Positions 7,655 to 14,634 of a DNA stretch of 15,529 nucleotides are shown one piece after another. The notes beneath the pieces were generated by a model that saw nothing but the letters and a program-made list of their open reading frames with translations, did not search any database and was not told the origin of the DNA. The translations under genes and the position numbers were made by a program. The number at the start of each line of letters is the position of its first letter. Position 1 is the first letter of the stretch. Location: NCBI GenBank assembly GCA_043800755.1, contig JAZDMQ010000097.1, positions 1 to 15,529 of the forward strand, written 5' to 3'. The stretch is from a bacterium (GTDB lineage: Bacteria > Methylomirabilota > Methylomirabilia > CAVQYV01).

Positions 7655-8325
7655 TTGATCTCCGCCTCCGAACGACGGATATAACGCGGCACCAAGGTCG
7701 CCAGATCGTCCCTCTCCCCCCGGATCAAACGCTCCCTCCCCATCTCGGCCACCTGGGAGGCACGGACATTCCCCACCGCCAGGGGCGCAAAAATGGCCTT
7801 CTCTCCCAGGATTTCCCTGATCTGTCCCGAGTGCTCGGTCGCCCCGTCTCCCAGGAAGACCGTCGGCTCCCCGATTCGCTTGGCCACCACCTCGGGGGGG
7901 GACACTGTCTCTTCCTCCATCTCCATCAAATGCCCTCCCTTGAACCGATACAGGGCCCAATAGACCTCCTTTTTTCGGGCAATGATCATGGGACAGATAG
8001 CATAGGCACAGAAAGGAAGGTTTCTGGCCATGGCCGGCAGGGTGGGAATGCCCACCAAAGGGAGATCGGAGGAGAGGGAAAATCCTTTGGCGGAGGCCAA
8101 TCCAATCCGCAGCCCGGTAAACGATCCCGGACCCACCGCCACTGCGATCCCGGAAAGGTCTCGAAAAGTGAGTTCCGTGTCCTGCAGCAGGCGATCAATG
8201 GAGGGCAATAGCCTCTCGGAATGGGTAGCCTTGGAATGCAGGCTATACTCGGCGATCAGTCCTTCATCCCCCATCAGAGCGACGCCACCTTCCGACGTGG
8301 AGGTATTGATCCCTATGACGATCAT
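7630..8325 (-). CDS. tsaB: tRNA threonylcarbamoyladenosine (t6A) biosynthesis protein TsaB
   Basis: IGINTST, HSERLLP.ID.LL, IAVAVGPGSFTGLRIG, ARKKEVY, L.PRYIRRSEAE. Confidence 0.95.
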   Translation of the reverse strand: MIVIGINTSTSEGGVALMGDEGLIAEYSLHSKATHSERLLPSIDRLLQDTELTFRDLSGIAVAVGPGSFTGLRIGLASAKGFSLSSDLPLVGIPTLPAMARNLPFCAYAICPMIIARKKEVYWALYRFKGGHLMEMEEETVSPPEVVAKRIGEPTVFLGDGATEHSGQIREILGEKAIFAPLAVGNVRASQVAEMGRERLIRGERDDLATLVPRYIRRSEAEIKWGIKIGD

Positions 8326-9648
8326 CTACGCTCCTTTGGGGCTTCGGGGCTGGAGCAGAATCCGCAACAGGGAAGCGACACCATTGACCGGAGAAATGCT
8401 TTGCCCGCTCTCCCGGCTCAATTGCGGGAGTCGGACATCGTCAAGAAAGGCGTCCCCCTCGTCCCTCAGGACACTCTCGGGGATGAGGACCTCTCGCCCG
8501 CCTCCCTTCTCTCTCAAAAAGTCCCGGAAGTCCTTCCCCGGCAGGAGGCCGGCGACGCTGACGCTGGAGCCAAAGAGTGAATTGGGAATAGGAACCGCCT
8601 CCACCTGTAACCTGCGAATCTCATTGAGCCGATCCACCACCGGTCCCAGGACGCCAAAGGCCAGCCTTCCCGTCAGGAGAAGAAAGGATCGCGGATCCGG
8701 CAGGGAGGTAGGCAGAGACCTCTCCCGCCTTCGAAATTCAGTTAGGAACCGGCACGACAAACCCACTCCATTCTCCAACTGAGGAAAGCCCTCATAGGTT
8801 CGGGGAGGAGGAAAGGGCCTTCCCGCCAGGAGGTAGATCTCATCTGCCAGGTGCAGAAAATAGTCTCCGCCGCCCCGGCGGAATTGGGCCCGGAGGCGTT
8901 CTGATCGCTCCACGATCTCCTCTGCCCCGGTCCGGCTCATCAAAGAGAGGGGGAATAAACCCTGACGGTGGTCGGTGAGACCCACCGGGACTAAAGATAA
9001 GGATTGGGCATAGGGACGCAGGGAGGCCAAATCCTGGATGGTCTTCTCCAGGGCAAGACCGTCATTCAGGCCGGGACAGATCACCACCTGCAGGTGCATC
9101 TGGATGTGAGCCGCAGCCAGCCTCCGCAATTGCCGGAGGATATCCGGGGCCTTGGGATTACCCAGGAGAAAACGCCGAAGGCCCAGGTCGCTGGCATGAA
9201 CGGAGATGAAGAGGGGGCTGAGGCGCTGTTCCGCGACCCGGCTCCAATCCCCTTCCGAGAGATTGGTGAGGGTGACATAATTGCCATGGAGGAAGGAGAA
9301 ACGATAGTCCTCATCCTTATGGTAGAGGGAGCGGCGCAGGCCCGGGGGCATCTGATCCACAAAACAGAAGAGGCACCGATTGTTGCAGGATCTGATGGGA
9401 AAGCCCTCAAACTCCAACCCCAATCCCTCGTCCCACTCCTTCCGAATTCTCACCTCCCGCAGGCCCCCGGATTCGTCGAGGATGCGGAGCCTCACCACCC
9501 TCTCTGTTAGGAGAAAGCGATAGTCGATCTCATCCCGCAGATCAAGGCCATTGATCGATAGGATCTTTTGCCCTGCCGCGATCCCTAACTTCGAGCCGAT
9601 GCCCCGGGGTGAGATCTTGCTCACCACCAGGCCTGCAGATCTTTCCAT
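8326..9648 (-). CDS. DUF512 family putative radical SAM Fe-S protein with N-terminal PDZ-like domain
   Basis: PDZ-like N-terminus (I.P.GI..KLGI..G.KILSING), CNNRCLFCFVDQMPPGLR.SLY.KDEDYRFSFLHGNYVTLTN, VPVGLT, YEGFPQLENGVG. Confidence 0.92.
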   Translation of the reverse strand: MERSAGLVVSKISPRGIGSKLGIAAGQKILSINGLDLRDEIDYRFLLTERVVRLRILDESGGLREVRIRKEWDEGLGLEFEGFPIRSCNNRCLFCFVDQMPPGLRRSLYHKDEDYRFSFLHGNYVTLTNLSEGDWSRVAEQRLSPLFISVHASDLGLRRFLLGNPKAPDILRQLRRLAAAHIQMHLQVVICPGLNDGLALEKTIQDLASLRPYAQSLSLVPVGLTDHRQGLFPLSLMSRTGAEEIVERSERLRAQFRRGGGDYFLHLADEIYLLAGRPFPPPRTYEGFPQLENGVGLSCRFLTEFRRRERSLPTSLPDPRSFLLLTGRLAFGVLGPVVDRLNEIRRLQVEAVPIPNSLFGSSVSVAGLLPGKDFRDFLREKGGGREVLIPESVLRDEGDAFLDDVRLPQLSRESGQSISPVNGVASLLRILLQPRSPKGA

Positions 9649-10191
9649 CTAATGAACCGACTGGGTATTGAGGGATTTCGCCCCGGTCCAGATGTAATGG
9701 AGGCCCGAGCTTATGGTGAAGACGGCGACCAGAAGGGGAGAGAGGAAGCGAGGCATAAAGAAATGGCCAAAGATATCGCGTACCAGCGCATCGAACACCG
9801 CAAATAGTTGGAGCACGGTGGTCATCTTTCCCAGGATGGTGGGCGAGACCATCAGGTTCCCGGTGGTGATGTAACGAACCACCGAGCCCAGGACTAGGAT
9901 CAAGTCCCGAGAGATGACCAGGATCACCAACCAGAGAGGAAGCATCCCTAAGAAGGAAAGGGTGACGAAGGTCGAGACCAGAAGGAGCTTATCCGCCAGG
10001 GGATCAAGGATGGTCCCCAACTGGGTCTTCTCCTTGCGGACCCGGGCGAAGAACCCGTCCAGGGCATCGGTGATCCCCGCTAAAAAGAAGAGGCCCAGAG
10101 CCGACTTTTTGAGGTCATAGCCGAGGAGGATCACGATAAGGGGGATCATCAGGATTCGCAGGATGGTCAGCCGATTGGAGAGATTTAGCAC
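9649..10191 (-). CDS. pgsA: CDP-alcohol phosphatidyltransferase (PgsA-like; a CMP-forming cardiolipin synthase cannot be excluded)
   Basis: NLSNRLTILRI, family signature TDALDGFFAR...TQLGTILDPLADKLL, ISRD; GTG start. Confidence 0.85.
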   Translation of the reverse strand: MLNLSNRLTILRILMIPLIVILLGYDLKKSALGLFFLAGITDALDGFFARVRKEKTQLGTILDPLADKLLLVSTFVTLSFLGMLPLWLVILVISRDLILVLGSVVRYITTGNLMVSPTILGKMTTVLQLFAVFDALVRDIFGHFFMPRFLSPLLVAVFTISSGLHYIWTGAKSLNTQSVH

Positions 10192-10205
10192 CGATCAATT
10201 CCTTT

Positions 10206-10985
10206 CTAATTCGAACTGCGAATCCCCTCATCCCGCTCCTGGTTCCACGCCACCCACTCTTCCTCCCCCGCCTCCGTGGTGATCTTCTCCGGCTTGCCCG
10301 GCACCCCCTGGGGGGAGATGTAGATCTGATGCACGGCCTCTACGATCTGGGTCCACTCCTCCATGGATACCTCGTGAAATGGGGAGGGCACCTCGACCGG
10401 ACCCGAGACTTCATGGGGTGCGGACACCTCTGGCGGAGACCCAACCTCCTTGGGAGGAGAGCCGACGCTGATGGCTCCCTCGTAGACCTTGATCACGGTC
10501 GATTTATCCTCGTTGAGGCTCAGGCGATAGACGGTGGCCCGGGTGCCTGCGATGGCGGTCTGGCTCTGAATCTCAAAAGTGGATGCGGGGGCGATCATCT
10601 TGTTCACATTGGCCCAGATCTTACCCAGCAAGAGACGGATCCGGGTGTGCGACTGTCTGTTGCGTGGGCTTCCTTTCAACTGCACCAGGACGAAGGTGGT
10701 CGCTTCTGAAAAGCGCACCACGCCGCGGTCATCAAGGGTAAGTTCCAGACGAGTCCCCTCATGCGCCCGCACCCGGTCTCCTTCTTTCAACACGGCCTTC
10801 AGGGCCAGTGGCTGCCAGGAGGGCGCTCCGGCCCGCTGGACCTCTGCTTTTCCCTGCAAATAGGTCACAGTGGCGGATCGGGCTTGGAGCTGATCTCCCT
10901 CAGCCCAGACAATCCCAGATGCAAGAAACGCGAACAAGAGAGGTAGTATTATCAAGCCTCGATATACTCTTCGTCTGCAAGGCAC
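10206..10985 (-). CDS. Exported FecR-domain protein
   Basis: ATVTYLQGKAEV, LKEGDRVR, L.LGKIWANV, FEIQSQTAIAGTRAT.Y, VYEG.I.V. GTG 10985 has an AAGGAGG RBS 5 nt upstream and gives a signal peptide (RRRVY-hydrophobic-VWA|EG). The ORF track starts at 11054. Confidence 0.8.
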   Translation of the reverse strand: MPCRRRVYRGLIILPLLFAFLASGIVWAEGDQLQARSATVTYLQGKAEVQRAGAPSWQPLALKAVLKEGDRVRAHEGTRLELTLDDRGVVRFSEATTFVLVQLKGSPRNRQSHTRIRLLLGKIWANVNKMIAPASTFEIQSQTAIAGTRATVYRLSLNEDKSTVIKVYEGAISVGSPPKEVGSPPEVSAPHEVSGPVEVPSPFHEVSMEEWTQIVEAVHQIYISPQGVPGKPEKITTEAGEEEWVAWNQERDEGIRSSN

Positions 10986-11100
10986 AGCTGCCTCCTTCTG
11001 CTCCATTCCCCGCGATTGCCCCGGTGGAAATTGCCCCGGACCAGCGGCCTCCATCCTTCCGCGCAGCCAAGCGTTCGGGCAAGGACCTGCCTCCGCCCAC

Positions 11101-12081
11101 TCACTTCCCCAAGAGCCTCACCACATCCTTCTCCCTGAATCCTTGCCCACTCTGAGGGATGGCCACCGAGTATTTCTCCCTGACCTGAGTGATGAGCAGC
11201 TCGCCAATGGGGCTTTCATCATATCCCAGGGTCAGCCCGGTGGATGGATCTATAATCGGCTCTCCCATACTGTAGGCGGTCAGCTTAAGCCCCTCGGTCA
11301 GGCCCACCTCGGAGCCCGCGTTGACATAAACCTTCTCCCCCAAAACCCTGGCGATCCTCCCTGACCAGGGGATCCTCTCCAGCTTTTGGACGATCTTGTT
11401 GCCCAAATCATCGATGGCGCCGCGGAGGGCCTTTCCCACCACGGTCTCATCGTAGCTCGTGCCCCCTCCCGCCCCTGCCACCTTGAGAGTCCTTGAGGTA
11501 TATTGGCTCTCCCCGCTCTCCGCCATGAGGATCTGCGCCGTCGTGGTATCGATCAAGCGTACATCCACCACCGCTCGAACCGTATGAGACTTGGACCCCA
11601 CTACGGGTCCCACCTCAAAGCCTCCCTCCTGAACCCCGAACTCGGAAACGGCCCCGGTGACAATGGCATTCAAACCCAAAATGCTGCCGGCAGCGACTGC
11701 GGTGTTTGGATTGATGACCCCGGACATACTCAGGCCCTGCTCTCTCAATACCTTGTCCAGTCCCTCCCGCTCCACCAGGATGAATTGGCCGGTGTTCAGC
11801 AAGGTGGTGACCAACATCTCGGAGGCGGAATGGCCGAGCCGGCGCGCTCCGTAATGCGTCTTGTTTTCAAAATCCATCACCGCGATGCGCTTCTTCACCC
11901 CGGTGGTGGTAAGTCGCGGCAACCTCTCATCCGCCTGGGCGCGCAATGCCTCCTGTGACCTGTCGGACTGAGGCTTCTCCCCGGATTTGGCCTCTTTTGC
12001 GCCTCCGGCGCAGCCTAGAATTAGAACCAGACCCATCAACACCAAGATTGAGCAGAGGGGCCTTTTCCTCTCCTCCGTCAT
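11101..12081 (-). CDS. CsgG/HfaB-family lipoprotein with C-terminal FlgT_C-like beta domain
   Basis: Lipobox ILGC at residue 24 from ATG 12081; RIAVMDFENK, F.LVERE.LD.VL.EQ, IVTGAVSEFG, VDVRLIDTTT; C-terminal VYVNAGSEVGL..G...IIDPSTG..LG. An alternative ATGA-coupled start lies at 12147. Confidence 0.82.
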   Translation of the reverse strand: MTEERKRPLCSILVLMGLVLILGCAGGAKEAKSGEKPQSDRSQEALRAQADERLPRLTTTGVKKRIAVMDFENKTHYGARRLGHSASEMLVTTLLNTGQFILVEREGLDKVLREQGLSMSGVINPNTAVAAGSILGLNAIVTGAVSEFGVQEGGFEVGPVVGSKSHTVRAVVDVRLIDTTTAQILMAESGESQYTSRTLKVAGAGGGTSYDETVVGKALRGAIDDLGNKIVQKLERIPWSGRIARVLGEKVYVNAGSEVGLTEGLKLTAYSMGEPIIDPSTGLTLGYDESPIGELLITQVREKYSVAIPQSGQGFREKDVVRLLGK

Positions 12082-12143
12082 CCTCCTCCCTAATTCGAGG
12101 GAGAGAAATCGCGAGGTCTTCTCCCAAATCATGGCGGTTTCGA

Positions 12144-13328
12144 TCATCGCACCGCCCGAAGGTCGATCTTGTGAGGGGAGAAACCGATGATCTCTACCCG
12201 AAACGCTCCAAACTCCTTGAGGGACACCTCGTCTGCCAGATTCTGAACATCCCCGGACAGGTCCACATCGATTCGCGCGACATTGGCCTGAAAGCTCCGC
12301 TGGTGGATGCCCTTCACCCCTCTGACTTGCTCTTTGAGTATCTGTTTGAATTTCGCAAGTTCCCGGAAACTCAAACCCGAGATCACCAATTGCACCAGGG
12401 TCGTCCCCCCCACCTCTTTTCCCCATTGCTGCGTGATCTGTTCGATCAGCAGCGAAGCGACCTTTTCTCCCGCCCTTTTCAAGGCCTCGTTCCCTGCGGT
12501 CAGCTCATCGATATAGACCGCGGCCGCGGAATCGCTTAGGCTGGCCAAGGTCTCTCCCGTATCGGCGCGAATAGCCTTCACCGTCACCTGGGCCTGAGCC
12601 GACTTCATCCCCGAAAGATTGAGAGCCTTCAAATCCTTCACTGGCGTGGGCCTCGCCGCCGCCTTGCCTAAGAGGATCACCTCCGCCCCAAACTCTGAGG
12701 CCAGGGCCTTAGCCCCTTTTTCATTCCCCTCGATCAAGAGGAGGGCCTGATCCCGGCTGACATTCCTCTTCACCGCCGCCTGGTCCACGAAAGTGAAGCC
12801 CTTCTCCAAGAATTTCTGAGTGAGGACGCTCTCCACCTGGGAGAGATCTGACCAGTGCTGGAGCTGGTCGTCGGCGCCCAAGTTCTTCTCCTCGATCAAG
12901 ACCATCAGCCGCGGCTTGTGCACTCGAGTGAGTAAGATCCTCAGGGCGCTCAAGTCGTCCTGCAAGGGGCCGGTGGCAACCGAGGCCTCCACCCGCACCC
13001 GCATCAGTTGGTCGTCCCGTTGCTCTTTGACGATTCGATAACCCTTGATGTAGCCATGGGCCTGGGAGTAGATGCGGTCGCTCACCAATTGGAAGTTCTC
13101 TACCAGGGTCTGGGAATCGATCATGGTCCCTACCGCCTCCTCCACGCTTTTGCGGAGGGCATCCTCGGTGGCCGCATCCCTCGCCACCGCCAGGTTATTC
13201 TCCAGGATCACGGCCACCCCCTCCGCCTGAATCGACTTCAGCTCCTCCGCGGGAGAGGGGGACCAGAGGAAGAGGAGGGCAAGCAGCAGAGAAAAAAGGA
13301 CTGCATGGTTCGGCTTGGACAGGGTCAT
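12144..13328 (-). CDS. Exported protein with FlgT N-terminal (LPP20-like) domain, CsgG/TolB_N-like middle domain and small C-terminal alpha/beta domain
   Basis: Signal peptide ending SPA|EE; AEGVA...ARDAATEDALRKSVEEAVG..IDSQTLVENFQLVSDRIYSQAHGYI; PRLMVLIEE; GAEVILLGKA. Start re-placed at ATG 13328 (GGGAGAGG RBS). Confidence 0.78.
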   Translation of the reverse strand: MTLSKPNHAVLFSLLLALLFLWSPSPAEELKSIQAEGVAVILENNLAVARDAATEDALRKSVEEAVGTMIDSQTLVENFQLVSDRIYSQAHGYIKGYRIVKEQRDDQLMRVRVEASVATGPLQDDLSALRILLTRVHKPRLMVLIEEKNLGADDQLQHWSDLSQVESVLTQKFLEKGFTFVDQAAVKRNVSRDQALLLIEGNEKGAKALASEFGAEVILLGKAAARPTPVKDLKALNLSGMKSAQAQVTVKAIRADTGETLASLSDSAAAVYIDELTAGNEALKRAGEKVASLLIEQITQQWGKEVGGTTLVQLVISGLSFRELAKFKQILKEQVRGVKGIHQRSFQANVARIDVDLSGDVQNLADEVSLKEFGAFRVEIIGFSPHKIDLRAVR

Positions 13329-13372
13329 GGCCTCTCCCATAGGAATGCAGCAAGGCATAAGGGAGGAAGTTC

Positions 13373-13420
13373 AGGGCAGGAGAGAGGTAGAATAGAACCT
13401 TGCTTCCCCCCTCCTGTCCT
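13373..13420 (-). other. Intergenic stem-loop after the TPR/SLH gene
   Basis: Minus strand AGGACAGGAGGGGGG pairs with CCTCTCTCCTGCCCT (15 bp, one mismatch, two G-U); no U-tract follows. Confidence 0.5.
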
Positions 13421-13436
13421 CCGTTCTGGTCGTCAC

Positions 13437-14585
13437 TTATTTCAATTCATCCTTCATGCGCCTGATCACCAAGAGCGCATCTGCTCCGGACAGCGATTCC
13501 TCCAGGCCGAAGTAGCCATCCAGCTTGGCCTCCATCAGGCCCCGCGTGGTGCAGACCATGATCGAATTGAAGGCATAATGATCTGACCGCACATCGGGGA
13601 AGGGCGAAACCGCCCCGATGAATTTGGTGGCCAGCTTCTCATCCCCGCTCACCTTGATGAGGATGTCCTCCACCATCATGGCGTAATTGGCCTTGGAGAT
13701 CACCATCCCCGGGGCAAAGGTATGATCGGGGAAGGGTTCCAGGCCTCTGATCCCTAAGTTGATGGCAGCGTCGATGTCCGCCTTCAGGGGATGGTTGACA
13801 ATATCCATCGCCGGCGGGGTCTTGGTGATGGTATCGGCGGCCAAGGCAGTCCCCTCTGGCGGCTTGAAGGAGGCGTCGTACTCCCTGGTCTTTCCCGCCT
13901 TATACAGTTTTTCCAGGTTGAGCTCCTCGATGAAGAGGGCCGCTACATCCGCTCGGGTGATCTTGTCGATGAGGGCAATCTGCTTCCCGATCTTGGTGCC
14001 CGGCGCCGCTCGCTGGATCTTCTGCACCAGGGCCCATTCCTGATTTGCCTCCCCCACGAAGTCTTTGTTCAGATCGAGCACCTTCTTGAAAGCAGCGGCC
14101 GCCTTATCGAACTCAAAGGCAACCTTGTAGGCCTTTCCCATATGGAAATAGAGCTCGGGGCTGGCGGCGTCCTTTTTCTTGCCCGCCTCGAATTCGTCCT
14201 CTGCCTCCTTCAACCAATCCCCAGCCCGCTGCATCGAGTAGAGCCGGATCATTCCCACATGGGCATATACCCCGTCCAGGCCCTTCGCCTTTTTCATCGA
14301 CTCGAAGGCCTTGTCAAAGTCTCCCTTAAAGCCCTGCACCAGCCCAACGCCCATGTAGGCCTTGCCATACTTGGGATCCAGGGCCTTGGCCCGCTCAAAC
14401 TCCACCAGGGCATTGTCGTATTCGCCCTTATCCAGAAACTTCATCCCGTTGTTGAAGTGGTGGTCGGGGTTGTCCATTACCGAAACCGGCTTGGCGGGTT
14501 CCTTGCCTGCACACCCCACAAAGCTGAAGGCCGTCAAGGCCAAGAGAATTAGCAAGAGGAAAATTCCGTTTCTCGTTCTGTTCAT
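13437..14585 (-). CDS. TPR-repeat lipoprotein with C-terminal S-layer homology (SLH)-like repeats
   Basis: Lipobox FVGC; TPR patterns (HFNNGMKFL..GEYDNALVEFERAKALDPKY; LYFHMGKAY...FDKAAAAFKKVLDLN); SLH-like ITRADVAALF, DIVNHP...FPDHTFAP...ISKANYA and FPDVRSDHYAF...GLM...DGYF. Confidence 0.82.
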   Translation of the reverse strand: MNRTRNGIFLLLILLALTAFSFVGCAGKEPAKPVSVMDNPDHHFNNGMKFLDKGEYDNALVEFERAKALDPKYGKAYMGVGLVQGFKGDFDKAFESMKKAKGLDGVYAHVGMIRLYSMQRAGDWLKEAEDEFEAGKKKDAASPELYFHMGKAYKVAFEFDKAAAAFKKVLDLNKDFVGEANQEWALVQKIQRAAPGTKIGKQIALIDKITRADVAALFIEELNLEKLYKAGKTREYDASFKPPEGTALAADTITKTPPAMDIVNHPLKADIDAAINLGIRGLEPFPDHTFAPGMVISKANYAMMVEDILIKVSGDEKLATKFIGAVSPFPDVRSDHYAFNSIMVCTTRGLMEAKLDGYFGLEESLSGADALLVIRRMKDELK

Positions 14586-14634
14586 AGTCGCGATACCCCC
14601 GTTGTGAGGGCCCTCAGGCAGGGGCCCATGCCCA

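Noticed and set aside
7655-7960. Long N-terminal extension of rimI, or a tsaB-rimI frameshift fusion
   Set aside because: It is an alternative frame within tsaB; tsaB has a complete C-terminus and stop codon, and rimI has plausible starts of its own.
11101-12426. Curli biogenesis operon, and the 441-aa extended ORF
   Set aside because: No csgA/B/E/F-like genes are in the window; the N-terminal extension overlaps the upstream gene, and the lipobox fits a start at 12081.
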